Positions 1 to 10,844 of a stretch of 64,000 bases of DNA are shown here, piece after piece. The DNA is taken from positions 29,612-93,611 of the IMG/VR virus record IMGVR_UViG_3300035670_000099; one strand, 5' to 3'. The first letter of the stretch is position 1, and every line of letters begins with the position of its first letter. The notes beneath the pieces were generated by a model. It did not search any database, was not told the origin of the DNA, and saw nothing but the letters and a program-made list of their open reading frames with translations. The translations under genes and the position numbers were made by a program. The stretch is from a virus.

Positions 1-1509
1 TATTATGCCATTTATTGTCTGAGTTGTTAAATTAGTTATTGTTTGATTGCTAGTTTGATTGGTAGCTAAAGTTACTGGAGTCCATGCGGATACATTGCTA
101 CTACTAACAGTTAAACCACTATTAGATCTATAACTTCTAGTTACTTCAGTTGTTAAAGTAGTTGGTGCTGCTCCTAATGGAATAGTTAAACTTTTCTTAG
201 CCACAATCCAGTAATATGCTTTTTGCCCTGATACTGTTCCGTTTGAAAAGTTGTATTGTACTCCATTTAATAATTCATTGGTGTTTCTTAATGCTTGCTC
301 CCATGTCTTCCACCTATTGTTGTAAGTATCTATTTCAGCTGCGTGCTGAGTTCTCATTTGCTGTAAATCAATGTTACCACTTAAATAACTGTCGATTATT
401 GCATTCCAATTAGAAATCGTGTCTTGTGTGTTGGTTTCGTTAAGATCAGCCTCTGGGCGACGGTTTTCGTGAGTTAATATTGCTGGGACATCATTAAAAA
501 TGCTTGAAACATTTATTGATTTACTAAGATTGTTTGCAAATCCAGCTGCTATTGATATTAAAATATTGTCTAGTGATAACGGTGTTAATGGGCAATTCCG
601 CCAAGCAAATTCCATACTACTCACATTCCGAGTATTAAGTGCAGGGAATGATGTTAATGAGGTGTTGTCCCAAGTCGCATACATAGTATATACATTTTGA
701 GTATTAATCGATGGGAATGATATTAATGAGCCGCAATATTGCCAAGCAGTTTGCATTCTACCCACATTTTGAGTATTAAGCAATGGGAATGATGTTAATG
801 AGGTGCAACCATACCAAGCAAGTAGCATATCAGTCACATTCTGAGTATTAAGCAATGGGAATGATGTTAATGAGCTGCAACCATACCAAGCCGCATACAT
901 ACTAGTCACATTCTGAGTATTAAGCAATGGGAATGAGCTAACACGACAAGCAAAAAAACTGTTATTAGATTTAGTTACCCAAAAATTGTCAAGTGTAATC
1001 GCATTACTGTATTTAAGATTTTGGGATTTGCTTCCAAAATAATTTTCTATAACAGATCTATGATTTGGGTTAGATGTAATAACAATTCCTATAACTTTTA
1101 GAAAAGCATTTGAAGTGCCTGGTTGAAAATTTGCTTTAGTCCAAACATTTAAAATAGTATTAGCACCAACACTAATAGCAAAATCAAGCACACCATGATC
1201 TGCATCAGCAATATAAACAGTTCCATTAAAAGCATTTGTCCCAAAATTTATTAAGAAATTTCTAATAGGACTCATGTTTATAGTTCTTAATCCAGTGCCA
1301 GTAGCAGGATTATAAATTGGCTGTTCACTACCAACAGTTTGTGTAGCTGGTACATTATTAACACTCCTATCCCCCCAGCTGGTTATATTATTAGTGCCAG
1401 AAGCTAATGTAATTGTAGAAGTAGCTGTAGCATCATAAAATCTTAATACTTCAGGGAGTATTGATGATATATCAGCTGTTGCGTTTGTTTTAATTGCGAT
1501 TTTGCCCAT
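1..1509 (-). CDS. Partial (runs off window start) putative tail/receptor-binding protein with 24-aa BspA/DUF285-like leucine-rich repeats
   Basis: Absent from the ORF track because no stop falls in the window. Hand translation from ATG 1509 (RBS GGAG) gives MGKIAIKT... with no stop seen down to base 1. Contains repeats such as SLTSFPLLNTQNVTxMxxAWYGC. Lies at the end of the minus-strand structural cluster. Confidence 0.8.
   Translation of the reverse strand, partial: MGKIAIKTNATADISSILPEVLRFYDATATSTITLASGTNNITSWGDRSVNNVPATQTVGSEQPIYNPATGTGLRTINMSPIRNFLINFGTNAFNGTVYIADADHGVLDFAISVGANTILNVWTKANFQPGTSNAFLKVIGIVITSNPNHRSVIENYFGSKSQNLKYSNAITLDNFWVTKSNNSFFACRVSSFPLLNTQNVTSMYAAWYGCSSLTSFPLLNTQNVTDMLLAWYGCTSLTSFPLLNTQNVGRMQTAWQYCGSLISFPSINTQNVYTMYATWDNTSLTSFPALNTRNVSSMEFAWRNCPLTPLSLDNILISIAAGFANNLSKSINVSSIFNDVPAILTHENRRPEADLNETNTQDTISNWNAIIDSYLSGNIDLQQMRTQHAAEIDTYNNRWKTWEQALRNTNELLNGVQYNFSNGTVSGQKAYYWIVAKKSLTIPLGAAPTTLTTEVTRSYRSNSGLTVSSSNVSAWTPVTLATNQTSNQTITNLTTQTINGII
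601..935 (-). repeat. About 5 tandem ~72-bp coding repeats (24-aa LRR units)
   Basis: CACATT(C/T)TGAGTATTAAGCAATGGGAATGA recurs at ~72-bp spacing, in frame with the 1-1509 CDS. Confidence 0.9.
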
Positions 1510-1525
1510 TGGTTTCTCCTTTTAA

Positions 1526-3823
1526 TTAATATGCAGCTCCAACGCCTTCAAATAAGTAAGTAAAGGCAGCAATATTTCTGTATTCAACACCATTTGCATC
1601 ACTATGAGTCACAATAACTGTTTGTTCCAAGGTATTAGTATATGTATTTGTTGTTATCGCTTCGGTAGTTGTTGAAGGAAACTCATAATTAAACACTGCT
1701 GTTTGGCTGCTGCCGGCACCAATATCATTATTAACGCTTCCTTTTAACACTGTAACAGATTGATTATTGGATGATTTATCTACAACAATCGAAGGTGTTG
1801 CATTACTAAGGGGAAGAGTTACAGCATTAACTCTTACAGTATCTCCTATAGATATATTATTAAAAACTGCGCTATTTGCGGATAAAGTAAAGTAACTTCC
1901 CCCTGCTCCAGCGGCATAAGTGTTGTCTGCTGCTATTGTTAATCCAGAAATAGACGATTGATTTTTAACTGCATTTAGATTAAATGTGATGGTTAAAGTG
2001 CCATTATTAACACTTGTCCAAACAGATAAAGGACTTCCTATTCTTCTTAATTCAGGAGAGCTGCTACTTCCAGTCCATCCAGATAGAGTTATATCACCAC
2101 CTACAGTATTAACTATACTTGTGTATCTTGATTGTTTTTTAAAACAGATAAGAGCATTTGCTATAAAATAATTTGTCCAATTTGTTTGTGATGCTTCTGG
2201 TATTCCTTTTAATGTTATTCTGCATTGTGTGGTAGTAGGAAAAGTTAATTCACTGTTAACAAGTGCGCTACCAGCAAAATTTACAGCATTTCCAAGTCCT
2301 AAAGGAGTGCTTCCACCGTTGAAGCTAAAACCAAAATTAGCTTGATAAGGTAAAGTTACCAAACCACCTAATTTTGTATGATTCCAGTTAGAATATAACT
2401 TTATTGCAGACACTTGCGCTATTGCTAATTCACCATATTCTGATGTTAGATAATTTACTCCACTAGGATAACTATAATACAATCCATGAGTTATGTTTGT
2501 TCTACTTGGATTGAACAGTTCTCTAAATCCAGTAAAGACAATGCCAGTATTGTTTGTTCCAGTATATTTACTAAAATAAAGATATCTAAGTTTTCGCATT
2601 GCGCTAACTTTAAATGCATAAAGACTAAGCGACAAATCAGAATATAATTCCTCAAGATTTATGCATTTATGTAAATTATTTACTATTGAATTAACATCGA
2701 AAGAACCTTCTATAATCAAAGATTTTAGACTTTGTAAAGGTAGTGGTGCTATACCAATTCCTGGGCCGAATCTAGACTGAGTAGGACTATTTGAACTCCT
2801 TAATTGTAGTTCTTCCAACTTACTTAAATTTGTTCTTAATGTTGTATTATTTGCTCTAAATCTAGTCAAACTAGTTTCTGTACCTGTCATTTGACAGATA
2901 ATTTTTAATCCTCTTATTTCAGTAAAATTATTAAATTTTAGTTTAACAACAATAGGAACTTGAGCGCCTATAACTTTGTCATTAGGTGTTGTTTTGTAAC
3001 TATTATCAAGTTGATCAATAACTCTATTTGATTCATCCGGAAACTCTATTGTAAATGAGGCGTTTTGCTGTAATTTAACATCAAGTCTTGTCAATGTGCT
3101 TGCTATTGCTGGATTAATTTGTTCAGGAGTGTAATAATAATTTTGTGAACTATTTGTTAATCCATTGCATAAAATCCAAATTTCTTTATTATCCCAGTCT
3201 GGAACAGTCACATTAAATCCAGAGCCTCCTTCTAATCCAAGATTAATGATTGAATTGCCTTCGTATCCACAAGCAGCTACTACATATAAATGTGCATCTG
3301 TGTAAGATATTGTTTTCTTGGCTAATTGAGTAGTATCGGCATAATAGGTTACTTGATCTCCTTTCACTACGATAGATAAATTATTTATTCCAGGCTTAGG
3401 GAGAACTTGAGTTAATGTATTTTCGTGAACAATCCATAAGCTATCGTTATTTGTCATTGGACTATGGATAAAACCATAAGCAACAGATCTAGCAATTGTG
3501 TTGATATGTGTTGCGTATAAAGGTGGTATTCCAACTGTAAATCCACAAATAGCACTTAATGGATTGCTAGCTGTATTGTTTTGAAATCCAAACTCAAGTC
3601 TGCCATCATACGTGGCTTTGGCAAGACGTAAATTTAGCATTTTCCACTCAGCAGAGCTGACAAAAGGATTATTGTATCCGCTTCTACTGCTATTTCCGTA
3701 AAATAATGTCCATATGGTGCCATCGACTCCGCCAATAGCATTATTTTGATCAGGAATTTGTGTATGTTTATAAACAAATTGTCCGTTTGTATTTGTGTTT
3801 CTAGTTAAACTATTTGTAGCCAT
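1526..3823 (-). CDS. Putative tail fibre/receptor-binding protein, paralog A (765 aa)
   Basis: Asn/Thr/Ser-rich beta-type composition, short LRR-like stretch (LSKLEELQLRS, LQSLKSLII, INLEELYSDL), close paralog of 3920-6244. Confidence 0.6.
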   Translation of the reverse strand: MATNSLTRNTNTNGQFVYKHTQIPDQNNAIGGVDGTIWTLFYGNSSRSGYNNPFVSSAEWKMLNLRLAKATYDGRLEFGFQNNTASNPLSAICGFTVGIPPLYATHINTIARSVAYGFIHSPMTNNDSLWIVHENTLTQVLPKPGINNLSIVVKGDQVTYYADTTQLAKKTISYTDAHLYVVAACGYEGNSIINLGLEGGSGFNVTVPDWDNKEIWILCNGLTNSSQNYYYTPEQINPAIASTLTRLDVKLQQNASFTIEFPDESNRVIDQLDNSYKTTPNDKVIGAQVPIVVKLKFNNFTEIRGLKIICQMTGTETSLTRFRANNTTLRTNLSKLEELQLRSSNSPTQSRFGPGIGIAPLPLQSLKSLIIEGSFDVNSIVNNLHKCINLEELYSDLSLSLYAFKVSAMRKLRYLYFSKYTGTNNTGIVFTGFRELFNPSRTNITHGLYYSYPSGVNYLTSEYGELAIAQVSAIKLYSNWNHTKLGGLVTLPYQANFGFSFNGGSTPLGLGNAVNFAGSALVNSELTFPTTTQCRITLKGIPEASQTNWTNYFIANALICFKKQSRYTSIVNTVGGDITLSGWTGSSSSPELRRIGSPLSVWTSVNNGTLTITFNLNAVKNQSSISGLTIAADNTYAAGAGGSYFTLSANSAVFNNISIGDTVRVNAVTLPLSNATPSIVVDKSSNNQSVTVLKGSVNNDIGAGSSQTAVFNYEFPSTTTEAITTNTYTNTLEQTVIVTHSDANGVEYRNIAAFTYLFEGVGAAY

Positions 3824-3919
3824 TGATTTTGTCCTGTATTTTTAGAATTGTTTTGCAGTTTAACAATATTGCTTTTAAGTAAAAAAATAGAAGTAACTAA
3901 AACATTATAAAACATTTGG

Positions 3920-6244
3920 TTAATATCCTCCCCCAACGCCTTCGAACATGTAAGCAAAGGCAGCAGCCATATTTATGTAACTGCCTCCTGAAGGATTCCA
4001 AGTTACAATAACTGTCTCATCTATATTATTGGTATATGTCAATGTATCTGTTATTGCTTCGGTGGTTGCTGAAGGAAATTCATAATTAAACACTGCTGTT
4101 TGGTTGTTGCCGGCACCAATATCATTATCAACGCTTCCTTTTAACACTGTAACAGTCTGATTATTGGAGGATTTATCTACAACAATCGAAGGTGTTGCAT
4201 TGCTAAGGGGAAGAGTTACAGCATTAACTCTTACAGTATCTCCTATAGATATATTATTAAAAACTGCGCTATTTGCGGATAAACTAAAGTAACTAACTCC
4301 TGTTATGCCAGCATTATAAGCATTATCTGTTGTTATGTTTAAACCAGAAATAGATGATTGGTTTTTGATTGGCTTTAGATTGAATGTAATATCTAAATTG
4401 CTATTAGCAATGTTCCAAGCGTATGAAGTATTGCCTACCCTTCTTAGTTCATGATTAGTGCTAGTATCTTTCCATCCAGACAAAGTCACACCATTGACTA
4501 TTTGATCATATCTAGGCTGCTTTTTAAAACAAATCAAGACATTTTCCGTAAAAAACCACACCCAACTTGCTACTGATGTTTGCTCTATTCCTTTTAATGT
4601 TATTTTGCATTGTGTGCCACTGTTAATAAAGCTTAATTCGCCATTAACTAATTGCCTTCCAGCATAATTTGGATTATTTCCAAGCCCCAAAGGATTGGCT
4701 CCACCATTAAAAATAAATCCAAAATTAAGCATTCCAATAAATGTTGTGTAGTTAGGAGTTGCAGTATTATTAAAGCCTAGTTTTGTGTGATTCCAGCCAT
4801 ATAATTTTATTGCAGAAACTTGTGCTGTTGCTAATTCAGCATATTCTGGGACTAAAATATTTTCACCACCACTAGGATAAGTATAATACAATCCATGAGT
4901 TATATTTATATTGCTTGTTCTATTTGGATTAAACAATTCTCTAAATCCAGAAAAAGTAATACCAGTTGTGCCTAATCCAGTGAATTTACTAAAATAAAGA
5001 TATCTAAGTTTTCGCATTGCACTGATTTTAAATGCATAAAGACTAAGAGATAAATCAGAATATAATTCCTCAAGATTTACACATTTATGCAAATTATTTA
5101 CTATCGAATTAACATCAAAAGAACCTTCTATAATCAAAGATTTTAGATTCTGTAAAGGCAATGGTGCTATACCAATTCCTGGTGCAAATCTAGACTGAGT
5201 AGGACTAGCTGAGCTTCTTAATTGTAATTCTTCTAAATTGTTTAAGTTTGCTCTTAATGTTGTATTATCTGTTCTAAATCTAGTCAAACTAGTTTCTGTG
5301 CCTGTCATTTGACAGATAATTTTTAATCCTTTTATATCAGAAAAATTATTAAATTTTAGTTTAACAACAACAGGGATTTGAGCATTTATTGTCTTGTTAT
5401 TGGGTGTTGTTTTGTAATTATTATCGGATTGAGTAATAGCGGTAGTTGATTCATCCGGAAACTCCATTGTAAATGAGGCATTTTGTTGCAACTTAACATC
5501 AAGTCTTGTTAATGTGCTTGCTGCTATTGGGTTAGTTGTCTCATGAGGAGTATTGTAATAATTCTGAGAACTATTTGTTAATCCGTTACACAAAATCCAA
5601 ATTTCTTCATTATCCCAATCCGGAAGACTTGCATCAAATCCGCTACCATTTTCTAAGCCAACATTTACGATTGAATTTCCTGCATATCCGCATGCGCCTA
5701 CTACATATAAATGCGCATCTGTATAAGTTATTGTTCTTGTACTTAATTCAGTATCTCCTGTTTTGTAGGTTACTTGATTCCCTTCTATTGTGATAGACAA
5801 ATTATCTATTCCGTAAGTGCCAGACAATTGGCTTATAGTGTTTTCATGTACAATCCATAACGAGCCGTCGTCTGCCATGGGATTGCGGATAAAGCCATAG
5901 GCAACAGATCTAGCAATTGTATTGATATGTGTTGCGTATAAGGGAGGTATTCCAGCTGTAAATCCACAAATAGCACTTAATGGATTGCTGCTGTTGTTGC
6001 TAAAGCCAAACTCTAGTTTGCCGTTATACGGAGATTTAGTAAGACGTAAATTTAGCATCCTCCACTCAGCGGAACTGACAAAAGGATTATTATATCCACT
6101 TCTACTGCTATTTCCGTAAAACAATGTCCATATACTGCCGTCTTGTCCATAAACAGAATTATTCTGATCAGGAATTTGTGTGTGTCTATAAACAAATTGT
6201 CCGTTAACGTTTCCGCTAGTTCTAGTTAAGCTATTTGTAGCCAT
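3920..6244 (-). CDS. Putative tail fibre/receptor-binding protein, paralog B (774 aa)
   Basis: Same N-terminus (MATNSLTR) and long identical blocks shared with 1526-3823. Confidence 0.6.
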   Translation of the reverse strand: MATNSLTRTSGNVNGQFVYRHTQIPDQNNSVYGQDGSIWTLFYGNSSRSGYNNPFVSSAEWRMLNLRLTKSPYNGKLEFGFSNNSSNPLSAICGFTAGIPPLYATHINTIARSVAYGFIRNPMADDGSLWIVHENTISQLSGTYGIDNLSITIEGNQVTYKTGDTELSTRTITYTDAHLYVVGACGYAGNSIVNVGLENGSGFDASLPDWDNEEIWILCNGLTNSSQNYYNTPHETTNPIAASTLTRLDVKLQQNASFTMEFPDESTTAITQSDNNYKTTPNNKTINAQIPVVVKLKFNNFSDIKGLKIICQMTGTETSLTRFRTDNTTLRANLNNLEELQLRSSASPTQSRFAPGIGIAPLPLQNLKSLIIEGSFDVNSIVNNLHKCVNLEELYSDLSLSLYAFKISAMRKLRYLYFSKFTGLGTTGITFSGFRELFNPNRTSNINITHGLYYTYPSGGENILVPEYAELATAQVSAIKLYGWNHTKLGFNNTATPNYTTFIGMLNFGFIFNGGANPLGLGNNPNYAGRQLVNGELSFINSGTQCKITLKGIEQTSVASWVWFFTENVLICFKKQPRYDQIVNGVTLSGWKDTSTNHELRRVGNTSYAWNIANSNLDITFNLKPIKNQSSISGLNITTDNAYNAGITGVSYFSLSANSAVFNNISIGDTVRVNAVTLPLSNATPSIVVDKSSNNQTVTVLKGSVDNDIGAGNNQTAVFNYEFPSATTEAITDTLTYTNNIDETVIVTWNPSGGSYINMAAAFAYMFEGVGGGY

Positions 6245-8895
6245 TAATTTTGCCCTGTAATTACTGAAAGTGTTCCGCTGCCTGTGTTAACAATATGCAA
6301 TGGATTTGTTGCGGTAGGAGTTGCTATATTAAAATTTGATGTTCCTACGTTTGCTTGCCAGCTAATTTGTTCAGTTGTTTTACTAAGCAATTCTCCCAAA
6401 TGCTTTAAGAAAAATAATATTAAATCCTGTGACTCTATTTGATTAGTAAAACTATCATAACTTGTTGCAAAAAATTCTCTATATTCTTGGAATGCGTGAG
6501 TCAAATCTATTTGTTTAGCACCACCTCCTATAACTATATTTGATACTATATCTCCTACTGGCTGAAAACCGTCTTTGCTTACTAGAGCAGTTATACCAGC
6601 AGCTAATAGATTGCCTTTTAGGAATGAATTAGCTGATGTTAAATCAATAAAAGTTCCACCTGAATTTAATTCTAGGACAACTTGAGTAGAATTATATAAT
6701 AACGAATTTAAGTTTGGATCTACAACTATACCTATACTAGGAGCATTAGTTAATATTGTGTTTACAGTACTTGCGTAATTGCGTTTACTTATTACATTTG
6801 AGTTAGTTGTGCTTGCTACATACACAATATCTACACTGTCTACAGCGACAATAATGTCTGGATTTGACAGACTATGGCTAAAACTAAACTCACTACTATT
6901 TGTGTATTGGCTACCACTAAATCTTGTTAGACAAGAAACACTCCCAGATGACAAGGAAATAAATAGTTTAAGTTGGCTGTATGCTATTCCTAGAACAGAA
7001 GAAGCATTGTTAAAAGACGACTCTAAATCAGGAGCTGTTGTAGTCGTAGCAGAATAGATATTAACATTATTTTGCAGTGCAACAAAAAATCTATTATCAG
7101 CAGCTAATACTTGGGCAGTCAGAGGAACAGTCAATCCAGTAACACTATAAATTAGTGATGGAGATAAAAATCCTCTTGGGTTAATTGTGTCATCCGTGAT
7201 GTTCCATACGGTAAAACCTGAGGAATTAGTAATTATTAACCTATCTTGCAGAACACTGTTGACAGTGACAGAAGAAAAAGCCAAATCTATTGCATTAGAA
7301 CTGTTGGTGAGAAAGCTATCAATAATATCTCCAGTGCTTCCATTGATTGCTAAAATAGCATTACTTATGGTAGTTGCTACGTACAAAATATCGTATTTTT
7401 GTACATATAATATATTCCTAGCGTTGCAATCTACTGTTTTAATTAAAGTTTGTAATGTAGTTGAGATAAATGATATTTTGCCTGATAGTGAATCAACAAC
7501 ATAAAGTAAATTCTGACTATCATATTGTTCTTGTACAGTAGGTTCTAATTTTATAGTAGATGAATTAGATTCATTAAGTCTATATCTTCTAATTGTTAAT
7601 TCTGTAGGAACATTAGCTGTAGCTGTTAGATATTTTGGAAAATGTCTAGTGTAGTTTCTTTTTTCATTTAAAGAATCTTTAGTTAATAATCCAAATATAA
7701 AAGACTCCTTGAAAGGAATTAATTCTTTAAATTGTCCAGCAGCAGAAAACATTTTTATTACTGCTGTACTTGCCCCTACTCTAGTGACTGACGTTCCGTA
7801 TTTACTTAACTTACTAACACTTGAAAAACTAACACCTGAAAATGATGGGGTTGTAGAGTGAAAAAAAGTTAAAGGAAGTGCTGACGCGTTCCTTTCTGGA
7901 AATTGATTCAATGTGTCTGAAATGCCTATTTTATGGAACATTGTCCATGTATGTCTTCCCGCTCGTTTATCAGGAATATAAGCATAAAACTTAACAGCAC
8001 TGCCATCATAACTTCCTATTTCAATGGCAAACATTGTTACATAGGAAAAATCTATTACATGTCCAGATACTCCGCTACCATCTAATTTATCAACAAATTC
8101 ATTTCTATAAAAAACTTGATCTATAGTCTTATTGGGAGTTGTAATTCTAGAATCTGTATATCTTCTAACAACTTTAAAATTGTCTCCAGCGCCAGATCCG
8201 CTAATCTCGATAAACCAACCAGTTTCAGATGAATAAATTCCACATCTTGATAAACAGCTTTCGTTTTTATGCTCTCTTTTAAGTCCAAAAGAAACAAAAA
8301 CATTGGCTGCTACATCACAGTCAAATACTTGCTTGGTGGCACAAGTAACATACCTTCTGGCGGTGCTGCCAATGTCATACTTAGAATCTATAATTAAATC
8401 AATTGCAGAATTATCGTAATCTTCATAAGAAATAATCCCTTCATATTCGTCTTGTATTGACTGACTTCCTATACTCCAAACGCCTTTGTAATAAGGAAAT
8501 AAATCATTACTGATAGCATTACCAGAAGTGGATGGCAATTCATTTTTCTTAATATCATTTCCGTCTACACTTCCATATTGTATTACCCAATCGTTAGGAT
8601 CTATTCCATAAGAATGCGTGTCAGCAAATACTATTTGACGTTTATCTTCAATTGGATAACCAAAAATCGTTTCTTCAATTGGCTCTGGAAGTGGGATCGC
8701 TCTGTTAATTGTTACAAATGTGCCTTCTGTACTCAATACAGCAGGATAATGTTTTGGAGTGCTTGAAGGCTTAAGTCCTAAATCTTCACGAGACTCTCCT
8801 AGATCTTCGGGTAAATGTACAAGTTTTGGCCTTTTAAGTCCTGGATCTTCAAGAGACTCTCCTAAATCTTCGGGTAAATATACAAATTCTGGCAT
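6244..8895 (-). CDS. Virion structural protein (883 aa) with beta-propeller-like insert
   Basis: Motif DKLDGSGVSG..DFS..MF.IE recalls cyanophage virion proteins; YVTN-like blades (ILYVATTISNAILAINGSTG); coupled TAATG overlaps. Confidence 0.55.
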   Translation of the reverse strand: MPEFVYLPEDLGESLEDPGLKRPKLVHLPEDLGESREDLGLKPSSTPKHYPAVLSTEGTFVTINRAIPLPEPIEETIFGYPIEDKRQIVFADTHSYGIDPNDWVIQYGSVDGNDIKKNELPSTSGNAISNDLFPYYKGVWSIGSQSIQDEYEGIISYEDYDNSAIDLIIDSKYDIGSTARRYVTCATKQVFDCDVAANVFVSFGLKREHKNESCLSRCGIYSSETGWFIEISGSGAGDNFKVVRRYTDSRITTPNKTIDQVFYRNEFVDKLDGSGVSGHVIDFSYVTMFAIEIGSYDGSAVKFYAYIPDKRAGRHTWTMFHKIGISDTLNQFPERNASALPLTFFHSTTPSFSGVSFSSVSKLSKYGTSVTRVGASTAVIKMFSAAGQFKELIPFKESFIFGLLTKDSLNEKRNYTRHFPKYLTATANVPTELTIRRYRLNESNSSTIKLEPTVQEQYDSQNLLYVVDSLSGKISFISTTLQTLIKTVDCNARNILYVQKYDILYVATTISNAILAINGSTGDIIDSFLTNSSNAIDLAFSSVTVNSVLQDRLIITNSSGFTVWNITDDTINPRGFLSPSLIYSVTGLTVPLTAQVLAADNRFFVALQNNVNIYSATTTTAPDLESSFNNASSVLGIAYSQLKLFISLSSGSVSCLTRFSGSQYTNSSEFSFSHSLSNPDIIVAVDSVDIVYVASTTNSNVISKRNYASTVNTILTNAPSIGIVVDPNLNSLLYNSTQVVLELNSGGTFIDLTSANSFLKGNLLAAGITALVSKDGFQPVGDIVSNIVIGGGAKQIDLTHAFQEYREFFATSYDSFTNQIESQDLILFFLKHLGELLSKTTEQISWQANVGTSNFNIATPTATNPLHIVNTGSGTLSVITGQN
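8771..8885 (-). repeat. 2 x 63-bp coding duplication (LPEDLGESxEDxGLK) at the N-terminus of the 883-aa protein
   Basis: TTAAGTCCT...GAGACTCTCCTA.ATCTTCGGGTAAAT at 8771 and 8834. Confidence 0.9.
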
Positions 8896-10844
8896 TATTG
8901 TACTCCATAAACAAGACTACAAGAGACTATTGCATCTGCATCTGCTGATGATACCAAACTTCTTGCTATAACCATTAACGTGTCTCCAGCATTGTTAGGT
9001 GTAACATTCTCAGCGCGTCCTAATAACTCTCTTTGAGGATCGAAAATTTCTCTTAAATCAAATTCAACACCTTGGTTATTGCCGCAGTAAAAAGCTCCTA
9101 TTAATTTTTCTTGTCCAGTTATGCTGGTTGGATATCCGTTAGATACATTAATTGTTGTAGTAGTAAACTGTCCTTGACTAGCGCTTGCTACGGCAACTGG
9201 ATCTAAATCACTATTTAATGTTTGGGCATACCATGTTGGGGTAGTATTAAAGTAACTACTTGCAGCTAGCGCGTGAGAGCCTTTAACTAAATAAAATTCT
9301 GTGTTTTGTGTTGAACTGACATACAATTTAATAGGATACGCTCTTGATTTTTGTGGACGTTGTGCATCAGCCCCAGCAATAGTACTGTTATACACAAATG
9401 GCTTTAGAGCTATTGCCAACATTGGGGTGTACTTGTCATTTACCACTGTAATACCAGTTGCAGATGCTGATTCAATAGTTGCAGGACGTGGATCTCCTCC
9501 ATCAATCCAAACAGATACTCCAAATCTGTCTAAAAATACGCTGTCGTTAATAGTAGCAGTTGTTGCATTTGCTTTTTTACCAATTCTGTATGTAATTGGC
9601 ATATCTGGATTAGACATACTCGGAGTGGGTAAAGTGTCTCCAATCCTAATTTCATGTCCTGTTACCCACCTTGTAGCACCATTGTACGGAGGATTTTGAT
9701 CTGGAATATACATCAATCCTCTACCACCAGCTCCACCATACCAGCTTCTTTGTATAAGAAACATACAAAGATTTGAACGCTCATTAGCAAATATTGTTGT
9801 ACTTGCGGTAATATTGCTTGTTAAATCTCGCGATAGAGTAAATTGTGTTCCACTAGGATTAATAGCGGTAATATATGTATTGGGTTGAATACCACTTCCG
9901 CGAATAGTCATTCCTACTTTTAAAGGAATCTCATTAAGTACTGTTATAGTGTTTAGATTAACGTTACCACTAGCATTATTAAATTCATAGCTATCTGAAA
10001 TAAAAGATACTTGTCTTGCAGATTTTCCTCTTGTGCCATCAGCTGCTGGTGTTCCATCAGCGTCTTTACCAGTATATCTATCTCTGTTAAAACTAACAGA
10101 TCTACTTGTATCTAAAGTCGTAAAAGCTATTTCTTCCCATGTATTTGTATTTATATAAGATGTGTCTGCACCATCAGTGTCAACTAAATAAGCAGGACGG
10201 TACATTGTTGTTTGATTAACAAGTCTTCCTAAGTTAGCAGTATTTTCATACACGTCTCCTTGTACTACGCCTGTAGGAGTATTTTCCGGCATTGCTGAAG
10301 TACGCCTAAAGAATAGTAAATAATTATGCCAAGGGGTGTAACTTCCAGCAGAAGTTCCTTTTCTAGTTAATACTCTCCATCCGTATCCATCGCTTTTAGT
10401 GAATTCTCCCCATTCAATTACACAATTCTCTATTACAGGCCCAATGCTACACTGGACAGCTTGCGATATGGAGATTTGTTTGCCAGGCTGGTATTTGTAA
10501 GCAAATTTGCTTTGATGAGTGGAAATTGAAGTATCTCCACCTCCCCCAACTTTTATATTTACACAACTTCTGGATGGCAAATACGTTACACTACCTCCTG
10601 GATTGTTCCCCCACACAGAAGAATCAATGCCATAGTTAGGTAGTTCTTGTAATAAAAATTGTCTTTGTTCTGTAATAGGAAAACCAAACATTGATGCTTT
10701 TACATCACTAGGTATTGCAGCAGCATCCAATACATTTAACGCTGGTTGATCTGATGCTAATACAACAGATATTGACTCTGATGCTTGTTTTCTTCCTGGT
10801 GTGATAGGAATACTTCTAGAAACTATAACTCTATCATCGCTCAT
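8895..10844 (-). CDS. Virion structural protein (649 aa), probable distant paralog of the 883-aa protein
   Basis: YKYQPGK and MFLIQRSWYGG motifs; shares FG(F/Y)PI..RQ....YGID..W pattern with its neighbour. Confidence 0.55.
   Translation of the reverse strand: MSDDRVIVSRSIPITPGRKQASESISVVLASDQPALNVLDAAAIPSDVKASMFGFPITEQRQFLLQELPNYGIDSSVWGNNPGGSVTYLPSRSCVNIKVGGGGDTSISTHQSKFAYKYQPGKQISISQAVQCSIGPVIENCVIEWGEFTKSDGYGWRVLTRKGTSAGSYTPWHNYLLFFRRTSAMPENTPTGVVQGDVYENTANLGRLVNQTTMYRPAYLVDTDGADTSYINTNTWEEIAFTTLDTSRSVSFNRDRYTGKDADGTPAADGTRGKSARQVSFISDSYEFNNASGNVNLNTITVLNEIPLKVGMTIRGSGIQPNTYITAINPSGTQFTLSRDLTSNITASTTIFANERSNLCMFLIQRSWYGGAGGRGLMYIPDQNPPYNGATRWVTGHEIRIGDTLPTPSMSNPDMPITYRIGKKANATTATINDSVFLDRFGVSVWIDGGDPRPATIESASATGITVVNDKYTPMLAIALKPFVYNSTIAGADAQRPQKSRAYPIKLYVSSTQNTEFYLVKGSHALAASSYFNTTPTWYAQTLNSDLDPVAVASASQGQFTTTTINVSNGYPTSITGQEKLIGAFYCGNNQGVEFDLREIFDPQRELLGRAENVTPNNAGDTLMVIARSLVSSADADAIVSCSLVYGVQ

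Noticed and set aside
216-700. Plus-strand ORFs 216-413 and 500-700
   Set aside because: They lie antisense to the long minus-strand CDS 1-1509.
601-935. Regularly spaced repeats resembling a CRISPR array
   Set aside because: The period is a multiple of 3, the intervening parts resemble each other, and all lie in an open frame encoding LRR units.
1526-6244. DGR template/variable pair between the tandem paralogs
   Set aside because: Some AAC/AGC differences exist, but other mismatches are not adenine-specific, both copies are full genes, and no reverse transcriptase is in the window.
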